Below, piece by piece: positions 1-8,987 of a stretch of 64,000 bases of DNA (the first letter of the stretch is position 1; every line of letters starts with the position of its first letter). Position numbers and translations under genes: made by a program. The stretch comes from Desulfobaccales bacterium (GTDB taxonomy: Bacteria; Desulfobacterota; Desulfobaccia; Desulfobaccales; 0-14-0-80-60-11), in contig JBKQKO010000128.1 of the NCBI GenBank assembly GCA_052147455.1, positions 7,548-71,547 on the forward strand, read 5' to 3'. Under the pieces are notes generated by a model. The model did not search any database, was not told where the DNA came from, and worked only from the letters and a program-made list of their open reading frames with translations.

Positions 1-407
1 TCGCCGGTGCCTTTGGGAGGTTGGGGGCCGCCATAGCCCGGCTCGCCCCAGGAGTTCTTCAACTCCACCGCCCCAGGAGGCATCTTCCGGCCCGAGGCGC
101 CCTCTTCCAAGGAAACCGCGGCCCCTGGAATATCCTTCACCAGCCAGTGCACCCAATTCCGGGCCACCGGATGAGGATCGACGATGGACAATGCGAAGGA
201 CTTGGCGCCCGCCGGGGCCCCGGACCAGGCGAGGGGCAGTGATAAATTTTTACCGCCGGCTGCCACCATGACATAGGGCAGGGGAATCTTGCCGCCATTT
301 ATAAAGGCGCTGGATGTGAGCTGCATGACTTGACCTCCTGAGCTGGAATGGAGATTGATGGCCAAAAAAAGGGCCACCAGAAGACCTGAGAAACACCGGT
401 TTTTCAT
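1..407 (-). CDS. YbhB/YbcL (PEBP) family protein with signal peptide; 3' end lies outside the window
   Basis: Hand translation from ATG at 407 (GAGGTG SD 4 nt upstream) gives MKNRCFSGLLVALFLAINLHS..., then GKIPLPYV..LSLPLAWSGAPAGAKSFALSIVDPHP..NWVHWLVKDIP, a PEBP/YbhB pattern. It runs off the left edge, so it is absent from the ORF track. Confidence 0.7.
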   Translation of the reverse strand, partial: MKNRCFSGLLVALFLAINLHSSSGGQVMQLTSSAFINGGKIPLPYVMVAAGGKNLSLPLAWSGAPAGAKSFALSIVDPHPVARNWVHWLVKDIPGAAVSLEEGASGRKMPPGAVELKNSWGEPGYGGPQPPKGTG

Positions 408-450
408 AAGCACCTCGCGTTGAGTGCTGGAGTTCGTGCAGACCATGGCC

Positions 451-804
451 TCAGGCAGAGGTCTTTCCTTCCAAATAGAGTTTCAGGGCTGCCGCGGCGT
501 TGTGGATCTCATCCCGGGAGCCATACACCAGAGTGAGGTTGCCTTGCCGGCCCTTTTCCCGGAGCAGCCCGATTTCCTGGCCTTTGTCAGCCAATTCGGC
601 CCAATAACGCTGGCAAAACCTCTCCCATTTCCTGGGATCGTGGCCGAACCATTTGCGCAGCCCCGGGCTGGGGGCCACCTCCTTGAGCCAGAGGTCCAAC
701 GCCACCTCCGGTTTGCTCAGACCCCGGGGCCAGAGACGCTCCACCAGCACCCGGGAGCCGTCATCCGCCGTGGCGGGCAGATAGGCCCTTTTCGACTTGA
801 TCAT
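451..804 (-). CDS. DUF488 family protein
   Basis: 117-aa ORF with VLVERLWPRGLSK....WLKEVAPSPGLRKWFGHDPRKWERF, typical of DUF488. GAGGTG SD upstream. Confidence 0.8.
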   Translation of the reverse strand: MIKSKRAYLPATADDGSRVLVERLWPRGLSKPEVALDLWLKEVAPSPGLRKWFGHDPRKWERFCQRYWAELADKGQEIGLLREKGRQGNLTLVYGSRDEIHNAAAALKLYLEGKTSA

Positions 805-807
805 GAT

Positions 808-1008
808 TCACCTCGCGGGCTCCTGGGTGGGGGGTGCGCCCCCATAAAAATAGCCGCCAGGGGCCGGGTGCGCCGCCCCCACCGCGGCGGCGCTGGCCAG
901 TTCCCCCCAGCCCTCCAGGAGCTTGGCCAGGTTGTAGTTGCCCCCCACGTGATCGGGATTATGGAAAATCCGCAACCTGACACCAGGCGAATAGTCTAAC
1001 CACGCCAT
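808..1008 (-). CDS. hypothetical small protein (uncertain)
   Basis: 66-aa ORF ending 3 nt before the DUF488 start. No recognisable family. Could be a chance ORF in GC-rich DNA. Confidence 0.3.
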   Translation of the reverse strand: MAWLDYSPGVRLRIFHNPDHVGGNYNLAKLLEGWGELASAAAVGAAHPAPGGYFYGGAPPTQEPAR

Positions 1009-1187
1009 CTAACAGTGGAAGATAGGCACGGTCCTCACCTGAGGCAAGAGGGCGGGGGAAGATGCGGAGGTTAACGGCTGGGAATTTTTCCCGATTAGGC
1101 CGGCAAGGAGGAGCGCGGCGGGGAGGGTGAGGGCCGTGGCCCGCAGCCACTCCCCGCGTGGTTCAATTAGGTCAACCCGGCGCCCCT

Positions 1188-1631
1188 TTAAAAAGGAACC
1201 CGGCCGGTCTCCAGGGCTGCCAGGCGTTTTTTCAGCTCCTGTTCCCGCTGCCAGCGCGCGGTGACGTCCCGAATGATGGCCGCGGCGCCCAAGATCCGGC
1301 CCTCCTCGTTACGTATCAAGGTAATGGTAAATTCCAGGGAGAGGCGGCGGCCGTCCTTGGCCAGGCCCGGGACCGCCAGGAGTTCCTTGGCATATTTGCT
1401 GGCGCCGCTGGCCATAACCTGCCGATAGCCCTGGTTGTGCCGGACCCTCAACTTCTCAGGGATGATCAGGTCCAGGGGGTGGCCCAGGACCTCGGAGGGT
1501 TGATAGCCGAACAACTCCGCGGCCCCGGTGTTCCAGAGGCGAATGACCCCTTCCGGATCAGCAAAGATGATGGCATCCCGGCTGTCGGCCACCAGGCGGG
1601 CGCCTAGCCATTCCTGGGAAAATTCCCCCAT
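1188..1631 (-). CDS. PAS domain-containing protein
   Basis: PAS S-box pattern (IIFADPEGVIRLWNTGAAELFGY...GRILGAAAIIRDVT). I chose the ATG at 1631 because AAGGAGGAG lies about 10 nt upstream. The ORF is open to 1709. Confidence 0.75.
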   Translation of the reverse strand: MGEFSQEWLGARLVADSRDAIIFADPEGVIRLWNTGAAELFGYQPSEVLGHPLDLIIPEKLRVRHNQGYRQVMASGASKYAKELLAVPGLAKDGRRLSLEFTITLIRNEEGRILGAAAIIRDVTARWQREQELKKRLAALETGRVPF

Positions 1632-1876
1632 CTTCCCGCTCCTCCTTCGGGCCCCGGCGGGGGCGCCGCCGGCCCTCATCCCTAGATTTATCCAGGGGTT
1701 CAAGGGCAAGAAAACCCCTCCAGCCGGGCCGGAGGGGTTTTCTTTGGTGAGGGCTCTCCATCCGGAGCAGATCGGGTAAGGACTCTTCTCCTTGCCAGCT
1801 ATGGGAGTGCCCCTGGATTATTCTACCAAGCGCTCCATCGGAGAAGACCTGCCAAGATTCTGCGGCAGTCGCGAGC

Positions 1877-2317
1877 CTACGGATGAATGGTGAGCACCGG
1901 ACAAGGGGCGTTGGTTACCACCTTGTCGGCCACGCTGCCGAAGAAGACCCGCTCCAGGCCCGTGCGGCCGTGGGCGCCCATGATAATCAGATCAATTTTC
2001 TCTTTTTTGGCCAGCTCCAGGATCTTGGCGGCCGGGTCACCCGTCAGGACCCGGGACTCAAGTTTGGGGAATTGCCCAAAATGTTCCTTGATCGTGGCGG
2101 CCATCTTCTTGTTGGCGCCCGCCTCCGCCTGCTCCTGGAAACTCTGGATGTTGCCGTGGGGCACGTGAAAGCTGGAAAAGCTCGACAGGTCCTGGGTGAT
2201 GAACAGGACATAGAGGGTGGCGTCGAACTTGGTCACGAAGGTGGAGACCCAGGGCAACAGGGTATCGTAGTGCTCGGCAAAGTCGAGGGGGAAAAGGATT
2301 TTTGCAATTGGCTTCAT
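1877..2317 (-). CDS. universal stress protein (UspA family)
   Basis: 146 aa ending DLIIMGAHGRTGLERVFFGSVADKVVTNAPCPVLTI, the classic Usp C-terminal ATP-binding motif. Confidence 0.85.
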   Translation of the reverse strand: MKPIAKILFPLDFAEHYDTLLPWVSTFVTKFDATLYVLFITQDLSSFSSFHVPHGNIQSFQEQAEAGANKKMAATIKEHFGQFPKLESRVLTGDPAAKILELAKKEKIDLIIMGAHGRTGLERVFFGSVADKVVTNAPCPVLTIHP

Positions 2318-2593
2318 TAGTTATGCTCCCTTCGGCTATCTTTCCTTGTGATTGTGAAATATAGTGTAAACTAATTGCTGACCCTGATATTGTCAAGTAA
2401 AAAACCGGCCGCGGCAGATAATGCCGGGGAGCAGGGAGTGGGAAACAGGGCTATCCGGGAGGAGAAAAAATCCCGGCTTCTGTCAAAGTGACAAACCAGA
2501 CAAAAAATCCTTGCCAAACTGATTTTAGATTATTATATTTCCCAGCGTCTCCCTAGCAAAAAAAGCGGGGGAAGGCTGAGATCATCAGGGATT

Positions 2594-3004
2594 ATGGTGA
2601 GCGCCATCGGCGAAATGCGCTTCGGTCGGGACCATGTATGGGTGCGGATGGATGATGAAACCCAGGCCACCATCGGCCTGACGGATTATCTCCAGGAAAA
2701 GTTGGGAGAGATTTACGGCATCCGGCTCCCCGAAGAAGGTGAGGAGTTCCTTAAAGATGAGTCCTTTACCAAGGTCGAGGCTAAAAACGGCCGTCGTGAC
2801 GTAAAGGCGCCGGTTTCCGGTGAGGTCCTCGAGGTCAATTACGAAGTCGTGGAAGAACCGGAGATCATCAATGAGGACCCCTTGTCGGAAGGCTGGCTGG
2901 TCAAGGTGGAGTTGACTTCCAACCAGGAGTTTGACGAACTCCTAACCGAAGAGGAATACAAAGACTACTTGAGCGAAGAAGAAGAGGACCTGGAAGAAGA
3001 TTGA
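2594..3004 (+). CDS. glycine cleavage H-protein-like (GcvH-like) protein with acidic tail
   Basis: HVWVR..ATIGLTDYLQEKLGEI....VKAPVSGEVLEVN...PLSEGWLVKVEL matches the GcvH fold pattern. The lipoyl-lysine column is not conserved in register (see findings). Confidence 0.7.
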   Translation: MVSAIGEMRFGRDHVWVRMDDETQATIGLTDYLQEKLGEIYGIRLPEEGEEFLKDESFTKVEAKNGRRDVKAPVSGEVLEVNYEVVEEPEIINEDPLSEGWLVKVELTSNQEFDELLTEEEYKDYLSEEEEDLEED

Positions 3005-3110
3005 CGTAATAACCGCCTCTCCGGTTTCTTCCTCCATTCCCCTGGATCTTCCCTGAAGCTCCGATCCCCCGCCGTCTTGGCCGGGAAGTCCGAGGTCTGC
3101 ACCTAAACTC

Positions 3111-4469
3111 ATGTCCACCACCAAAAGGCAAGCCCAGCCGAAATCCCGACTGTGGGGCTGGCTGACCTCCATTCGCCTCACCGTCCACCTGCTGCTGATC
3201 CTGGCGGCCGTGGCCATCCTCGGCGCCGTGCTGCCCCAGCAGCAGCCGGCGGAGGTTTATGTTAGCAGCTTCGGGGACATCTGGGGCGCTATTATCTGGC
3301 GGAGCGGGCTGGCCAACATCTACTTCAGCATCTGGTTCCTGGCCCCCATTTGCCTCCTGGCCCTGAATATCCTGTCCTGCCTGATCCGCGGCCTGCCCCG
3401 GGCCTGGCGCCGTTCATTTACGCCCCTCAGCGGCGAGGCAGCCCTCACCCTGCCGCAGCGTGCCAGGCTCCAATGGCCCCGGGGAACGGACCCTCGGGAA
3501 GCGGTGGCCGGTATTTGGCGCCGGGAATTGGGCCGCACCCGGCGCCAGACCCTGCCGGGAAAAGAGGTCTTCTCTCATGAAACCGGCCGTTTCCGGCCCC
3601 TGGGGCCATACCTGGTGCACCTGGCCCTGTTGTTCATCCTGGCCGGGGGCCTGATCGGCAAGTTCTGGGGGATCGAAGGCAGTCTGCCCCTGACGCAGGG
3701 GGAAACGGCCCAGAGCTTCCTGGCGGGGGGCGCCGAGGTGCCCTTAGGTTTTCAGGTGCGCCTGGACCGCTTTCAGGTACAGTTCTATGAGGAAGGCGGC
3801 ATACCCAAAGAATTTCGCTCCGACCTCACATTTACCAAAAATACCAAAAATCTCCAAGACGGCCGTGAGCTGCGGGCCATTTGCCGGGTGAACGAACCGG
3901 TGAGCTTCGGCGGCTTCACCTTTTACCAGGCCTCCTACGGCACCCAACCTGAGGGCCAGGTGCGCTTGCAGGTCATCCAGGGGTCCCGCCGGGATAGCCT
4001 CCAGGCGTCCCTGCACCAGTGGCTGACCCTGCCCGGCGGCGAGGCGCAAATCATGGTCATCGAGGGGGAAGGCAACCTCCAGGGTTATGGACCGGCCGTG
4101 CAGCTCGCCTATAAAAGCGGCCCGGAGCATCCCTTATTTTTCTGGGTCCTAAAAGATCATCCGGAGATGCAGGAGCCCATCGGGCCTTACCGGTTTGCCC
4201 TGGAATCGGTAAATTTTCAATTTTATTCGGTATTCCAGGTGAGTCGGGATCCAGGGGTCCCCTGGGTTTACCTGGGATTTCTCCTGTTGTTGCCGGGATT
4301 TTACCTGGCCTTCTTCCGGCCCCACCAGTGTTGGGCGCTGGTCCTGGAAAAATCTCCCCAGGGGGACTGGCAGGGACGCCTCCTGGGGTCGAGTCCCCGG
4401 GCCCGGGAGGACTTTGACCTCCGCCAGACCCGCCTTCTGGAGGAACTCAAGAAGGGAACCCCATCATGA
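3111..4469 (+). CDS. ccsB: cytochrome c biogenesis protein ResB/CcsB
   Basis: 452-aa membrane protein with the ResB-like N-terminal pattern (SIRLTVHLLLILAAVAILG). Its stop overlaps the ccsA start (ATGA). Confidence 0.85.
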   Translation: MSTTKRQAQPKSRLWGWLTSIRLTVHLLLILAAVAILGAVLPQQQPAEVYVSSFGDIWGAIIWRSGLANIYFSIWFLAPICLLALNILSCLIRGLPRAWRRSFTPLSGEAALTLPQRARLQWPRGTDPREAVAGIWRRELGRTRRQTLPGKEVFSHETGRFRPLGPYLVHLALLFILAGGLIGKFWGIEGSLPLTQGETAQSFLAGGAEVPLGFQVRLDRFQVQFYEEGGIPKEFRSDLTFTKNTKNLQDGRELRAICRVNEPVSFGGFTFYQASYGTQPEGQVRLQVIQGSRRDSLQASLHQWLTLPGGEAQIMVIEGEGNLQGYGPAVQLAYKSGPEHPLFFWVLKDHPEMQEPIGPYRFALESVNFQFYSVFQVSRDPGVPWVYLGFLLLLPGFYLAFFRPHQCWALVLEKSPQGDWQGRLLGSSPRAREDFDLRQTRLLEELKKGTPS

Positions 4470-5323
4470 GTCAGTTACTTGGCGTGGCAATGTTGATCTA
4501 TTTGGGGGTGGCCATCATCCTGATCATGGCCGAGTTGTGGTCCTCCCCCTGGATGCAGCGGGCGGGGCGAGGGTTGCTGTGGGCCGGCCTGGCGCTGCAC
4601 AGCGGGGCCCTCGTCGGCCGCTGGTACGCCTCTTACCGGATGGCCGCCGGGCCCACCCCGCCGCCGGTCTTTCTGGAAAAGCTCCGCCTGGTTATCTTGC
4701 AGGCGCCGTTGTCAAATTATTACGATTCCCTGGTATTTTTCTCCTGGTGCCTGCCGGCCATGGGTCTGCTGGCATTCCGCCGCTATTTAAAGGGATGGCT
4801 GGGGGCGATCATCGCGATGCTGGCCTGCCTGCTCCTGGCCAAGGCCTCTTTCGGCGGGGTGGATGCCAACATTCAGCCCCTGATGCCGGCCCTGAAGAGC
4901 AACTGGCTCCTCATCCACGTGGTCGTTTGCTTTTTGGGCTACGCCGCCTTGACGGTGGCCTTCGGCGCCGCCCTCCTCTACCTGATCCAGGATTATAGTC
5001 CCAGGAAGGCCCTGCCGGCCCTGCCGTTGTTGGACCGACTCATCTACCGGGCTGCGATCCTGGGGTTTTTCCTGCTCACCTTCGGCATCCTGACGGGAGC
5101 GGTGTGGGCCGAAACCGCCTGGGGCAAGTACTGGAGTTGGGACCCCAAGGAGGACGCCTCTTTGGTCACCTGGCTCATTTACGCCGCCCTGCTTCACGCC
5201 CGCCTGCTGAAGGGGTGGCAGGGCCGCCGCATCGCCTGGCTGGCGGTCCTGGGCTTCCTGGCGATTATCTTCACCTACTTCGGCGTCAACTACCTGCAAA
5301 GCATGCACGCCTACATGACCTGA
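4466..5323 (+). CDS. ccsA: cytochrome c biogenesis protein CcsA (ResC)
   Basis: Polytopic membrane protein with the Trp-rich haem-handling motif WGKYWSWDPKE. Confidence 0.9.
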   Translation: MSQLLGVAMLIYLGVAIILIMAELWSSPWMQRAGRGLLWAGLALHSGALVGRWYASYRMAAGPTPPPVFLEKLRLVILQAPLSNYYDSLVFFSWCLPAMGLLAFRRYLKGWLGAIIAMLACLLLAKASFGGVDANIQPLMPALKSNWLLIHVVVCFLGYAALTVAFGAALLYLIQDYSPRKALPALPLLDRLIYRAAILGFFLLTFGILTGAVWAETAWGKYWSWDPKEDASLVTWLIYAALLHARLLKGWQGRRIAWLAVLGFLAIIFTYFGVNYLQSMHAYMT

Positions 5324-5338
5324 GATTCCTTCTCAGAA

Positions 5339-5371
5339 TCAAAAAAAAAGGGGCGCGGCCAACCGCGCCCC
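5339..5371 (-). terminator. Rho-independent terminator downstream of the Cys-rich ORF; the hairpin also follows ccsA
   Basis: GGGGCGCGG-ccaa-CCGCGCCCC hairpin at 5350-5371, followed on the minus strand by a run of 9-10 T. Confidence 0.55.
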
Positions 5372-5478
5372 ATAATCGTCCTGAGTCTAACCCAACCGGC
5401 GACCGGGAGTTCAAAGGCTGCAGCGATGCTGCGGCGATTTAGCCCCCAGAGCAACTCCTTACCGGCGAAAAGCGGGAT

Positions 5479-5715
5479 TCACTTTGTCGGCACACTGGTG
5501 GGTTCGCAGAGCAAATCCCCGGAAGTAGCCAGCCGGCCACATTTGCCGCAGACATACTTGATGTCTTCCAGCTTGCCCTTGCAATAATGCTTGGTGTGAG
5601 GGGCCTTCTCTCCGCAAAAGGCGCAGGTCATGGGGTCCATGTTGGGGTTGCACAGGTGTCCCGGCTCCTCGGCCAGGGCGCCGCAGCTCTGACAGGTATA
5701 AACTTTTTTTGCCAT
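5479..5715 (-). CDS. Cys-rich small protein with three internal CxxC-x10-C repeats
   Basis: 78 aa. Modules are C8xxC11-x10-C22, C31xxC34-x10-C45 and C56xxC59-x10-C70. It has its own terminator. No family recognised. Confidence 0.6.
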   Translation of the reverse strand: MAKKVYTCQSCGALAEEPGHLCNPNMDPMTCAFCGEKAPHTKHYCKGKLEDIKYVCGKCGRLATSGDLLCEPTSVPTK

Positions 5716-5856
5716 GTTTGCCTCCCGGCGATCTAGTCTTTAAAAAAGGTTAAGGCTCAAAAAGGCGATGTCAATGCGCCGGTCCAGAAAAATTACCCCC
5801 GAGGCGTCAGGCCAGCGGGCTTAGTGAATTGGCCGGGAATTAGGGGCGCGCGCGCT

Positions 5857-6801
5857 TTAGCCAGCAAGGGAGAGGCTGGCGGTACGTGAATCGAGGCGGG
5901 CCTGGGCCCCCAGGGGCAGGGTGTGGTTGTCCGGCTGGTGGCCCAGGGGCAGGCCGGCCAATACCGGCACCTTCAGGGGCTCCAAGGCTGCCGCGAAGAC
6001 CTCCAGCAGGCCCTCGCGGCTGCTGCAGCCGTTGAAGCCCCCCAGGACCACGCCCTTGACCCCGTCCAGGGCCTCGGCCAGCAGCAGGTGATGGATCATG
6101 CGGTCCAGGCGGTAAAGGGCCTCGCGGTGATCTTCCAGGAAGAGGAGATAGCCCCGCAGTTGCGGGGCAAACGGGGTTCCCAGCAGATGGCAGAGGGTGG
6201 TGAGGTTGCCGCCCGCCAGCGGGCCCTCGGCCACTCCGGGGCAGAGGACGGTCAGATCCGCAAAGGTGACCGCCCGGGGACCCGGGGCCGTCAGCCAGTC
6301 GAACAGGCTTTGCCGGGCGCCCTCGGTCATCTCCCCCAGTTGGGCCACGGTGGGGCCGTGGAAGGTCACCAGGCCCAGGCGCTGGTGCAGGTGCCAAAGG
6401 AGATTGGTAAGGTCGCTGAAGCCCACCAGGCGTTTGGGGACCGCCCCCAGGGAAGCCGGGTCCAGGTAGGGCAGGAGCTTCAGGGAGCCGTAGCCGCCCC
6501 GCACCCCCATGACCGCCTTGATTTCCGGGTCACACCAAAGCTCCTGGAAGCGCCGGGCCAACAGCCGGTCGGTCTCCCTTCCGGGGGCCCGGCTGGAGAA
6601 GACCTCCGGGCCGCACTTCACCCGAAAGCCCCAATCCCTCAGCACCCGCACCCCGGCCTCCCAGGCCTCCCGGGCCACGCAACTGGCCGGGGCCGCCAGG
6701 GCGATGGCCTCCCCGGGCGAGAGCGGCGGCGGCCAATGAAAGCTGGCCGGGGGCCGGGGGCCGCCCCCCTCCCCTCCCCTATCCTGGAAATCTGGCCCCA
6801 T
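5857..6801 (-). CDS. ldcA: LD-carboxypeptidase (peptidase S66, LdcA-like)
   Basis: Motifs VRGGYGS, nucleophile GFSDLTNLL, GGNLTTL, LFLED and LGH. The N-terminal 30-40 codons may be over-extended and the start is uncertain. Confidence 0.8.
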   Translation of the reverse strand: MGPDFQDRGGEGGGPRPPASFHWPPPLSPGEAIALAAPASCVAREAWEAGVRVLRDWGFRVKCGPEVFSSRAPGRETDRLLARRFQELWCDPEIKAVMGVRGGYGSLKLLPYLDPASLGAVPKRLVGFSDLTNLLWHLHQRLGLVTFHGPTVAQLGEMTEGARQSLFDWLTAPGPRAVTFADLTVLCPGVAEGPLAGGNLTTLCHLLGTPFAPQLRGYLLFLEDHREALYRLDRMIHHLLLAEALDGVKGVVLGGFNGCSSREGLLEVFAAALEPLKVPVLAGLPLGHQPDNHTLPLGAQARLDSRTASLSLAG

Positions 6802-7008
6802 TCGCTTTCCTTACCACAGGTTCCCAACAGTTGCTCATGAGCCGCGGGCTCACCAGTAAATCATAAAAATGTGGCGCCGCCGCCCCCGGCGGCGCGGGAA
6901 CCGGCTGCCAGAGGGTGAGTATTTCATAAGCAGTGCCCCCTCTCACATCCACATCCAAATTATTCCTAATGTCTTTACCGATTTTTATATTATAATAATC
7001 AAATTGAT

Positions 7009-8565
7009 ATGATTATTGCCAGTCATTTAGCTAACCTGGGGCGGCGCCTCCGGTCCCCGGCTGTCGCGGCGCCATTGGTCCTGGCCCTGATTTGGGTCCT
7101 GGCGTTGGCCTTTCGCCTCAGCGACCTGGCGGCCCGGGACTTATGGACCGACGAGGCCTGGGTTGCCCTGGCGGTCTTGAAATCCTCCGCAGCCGCGGCC
7201 CTGGCCGCGGGCCATTCCACCCCGCCCTGGTATCTCCTGGGCGTCTGGGCCGCGGCCAGGCTCCTGGGAGGCCAGGAATGGGCCCTGCGGTTTCTGTCCT
7301 TCGCCTTCGGGGCCGGCACCCTCCTGACCATCTGGCTGTTGGCCCGCAAACTTACCTCCCGGCCCGCCTCCTTGCTGGCCTTGGCCATGGTGGCCGTCTC
7401 CCCCGTAATGGTGTACTATTCCAAGGAGTTGAAGCAGTATAGCGGCGACGCCTTCTTTGCGGTACTGGTGTTTTATCTGGCGGAACGTCTCTGCTCCAGC
7501 CACGGCCGTCGCGGCTGGGCCGCCCTGGCCCTGACCGGGGTGCTGGGGATGGGCTTTTCCCATCCCCTGGTCTTCAGCCTGCCGGTGGCGGGGCTCATCC
7601 TGTGGCGCAAGCTGCCCGCGGCCCGGACCCGCCTGGCCCTCCTGGGGGGCCTTTGGCTCCTGGCCTTCGGGGCCTATTATTTTCTGTTCTTCCGCCACAA
7701 CGTAGACCCGGAGTTGGTGTCCTATTGGGTCAAGGACTATCCCGATCTCTCCGGCCCAGGCCGGTTTTTCCTCTGGCTGGGGCCCGCCCTGTACCGCTAC
7801 TTCTGGTATTTCCTGGGGAAATGGGGGGTGTTCTGGGGCCCGCCCCTGCTGGTGGCCGGGGCCTACGCCCTGTGGCGCACCGGCGGCAGCCGGGCGCTGG
7901 CCTACTGGGGCCTTCCCATCCTGCTGGCCCTGGGGGCCGCGGCGCTGCACCGCTACCCCTTTATGGCTGACTACGGCGGCAACCGGCTGATGCTGTTCAC
8001 CGCGCCCCTGCTCTATCTGGTGCTGGCCGCCGGGGCCTGCCTGGTGCTCTCCTACCTGTGGCACGGATGGCGCCGCGGGCTGGCCGTGGGGTTGACCGCG
8101 GCCCTGATTATCTCACTTAACCCCTGGCAAAACTTCCGGGAAAATCTCCACCCTTTGATGAACCGGGAGGAGATCAGTCCCCTGGTTGCCCGCCTGCAGC
8201 AGGAACTGCAGCCCCGGGATGAAGTCTACGTCTACTACTTTGCCCAATGGCCGTTTGCCTATTATTACCGCGGGCCCGGGGCGCGCCTCTGCATCGGCAA
8301 GTCGTGCATCGAGACCGGGCTGCAACCGGAGTCCCAGAGGCCGGCGCCGACGCGGCTCTGGCTCATCGCCTCCCACATTTCCAACCTCCGGGACATGCGG
8401 GAATTCGCCGCCAAACTGCTGGGGCCGGCCTGGCGGGAAGGCGCCTGCTACCAGGCCGACGCCGCGGTGCTCTTTTGCTTCCAGCGCGCCACTGAAACCA
8501 GGTTGGCGGTTAATCGCCACCGGGCGAAGCCAGGGCCGCCTGAATTTGCTGCTACAACTCGCTAA
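7009..8565 (+). CDS. GT-C glycosyltransferase (family 39 / ArnT-PMT-like) membrane protein
   Basis: 518 aa with many transmembrane segments and a first-loop LWTDEAW (DE) motif, typical of ArnT/PMT_2-type transferases. Confidence 0.7.
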   Translation: MIIASHLANLGRRLRSPAVAAPLVLALIWVLALAFRLSDLAARDLWTDEAWVALAVLKSSAAAALAAGHSTPPWYLLGVWAAARLLGGQEWALRFLSFAFGAGTLLTIWLLARKLTSRPASLLALAMVAVSPVMVYYSKELKQYSGDAFFAVLVFYLAERLCSSHGRRGWAALALTGVLGMGFSHPLVFSLPVAGLILWRKLPAARTRLALLGGLWLLAFGAYYFLFFRHNVDPELVSYWVKDYPDLSGPGRFFLWLGPALYRYFWYFLGKWGVFWGPPLLVAGAYALWRTGGSRALAYWGLPILLALGAAALHRYPFMADYGGNRLMLFTAPLLYLVLAAGACLVLSYLWHGWRRGLAVGLTAALIISLNPWQNFRENLHPLMNREEISPLVARLQQELQPRDEVYVYYFAQWPFAYYYRGPGARLCIGKSCIETGLQPESQRPAPTRLWLIASHISNLRDMREFAAKLLGPAWREGACYQADAAVLFCFQRATETRLAVNRHRAKPGPPEFAATTR

Positions 8566-8574
8566 CCCCCGTCT

Positions 8575-8889
8575 TTAAGAGCCCCCCACCCGGATACGCA
8601 GGTCCCGGACCTGGCCGGGCCCCAGGACCCTGGCCAGTTCCTCGAGGATTCTGGGTTTCAGGAATTGCAGTTCCTGGCCCCAGACGCCGTCCGGCACTTC
8701 CACCCAGAGCTCCCGCCGCCGGAGGTCCACCAGGCGGGCGTGTTCCCTAATGAAGGCGGGCGCCGCCCGCTCCCAGACCTGGCGGATGCGCTGGCGCAAC
8801 TCCAGGCCTTCCCGGTCCGCGGGCGAGAGCAAGTCCTGGAGCACGTCCTTGACGGCCAGCGGCCGGGACAATGGAGGGTGTTTTGCCAT
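8575..8889 (-). CDS. DUF721 (DciA-like) domain protein
   Basis: 104 aa with W..A.P.I..H.RLVDLRRRELWVEV.D..W..EL.FLKP.IL, the DUF721 pattern. Confidence 0.7.
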   Translation of the reverse strand: MAKHPPLSRPLAVKDVLQDLLSPADREGLELRQRIRQVWERAAPAFIREHARLVDLRRRELWVEVPDGVWGQELQFLKPRILEELARVLGPGQVRDLRIRVGGS

Positions 8890-8904
8890 ATGCCAGTTAT
8901 CGAA

Positions 8905-8986
8905 GGGTTAGGGACCAGGGGTTAGGGATCAGTTCAAAGAAAACCTTTCGTTTCTAACCCCTAACCCCAACCCCTAATCCCTGACC
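8905..8986. repeat. TTAGGG(G)-type G-run / C-run imperfect inverted repeat
   Basis: Plus strand reads GGGTTAGGGACCAGGGGTTAGGG (8905-8927), then CCCCTAACCCCAACCCCTAATCCC (8958-8981). GGGGTTAGGG at 8918-8927 is the exact reverse complement of 8959-8968. Confidence 0.85.
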
Positions 8987-8987
8987 T

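Noticed and set aside
5840-6840. Long antisense or alternative-frame ORFs opposite real genes. Examples are 5840..6397, 5923..6840, 7141..8064, 9072..10226, 10790..11644, 14556..15668, 20393..21313, 22371..23486, 24764..25645, 28928..30100, 41506..42174, 53091..53990 and 55980..56642.
   Set aside because: - These are typical shadow ORFs of GC-rich DNA, with Pro/Arg/Gly/Ala-rich translations and no motifs.
- Each lies opposite a gene with strong family signatures.
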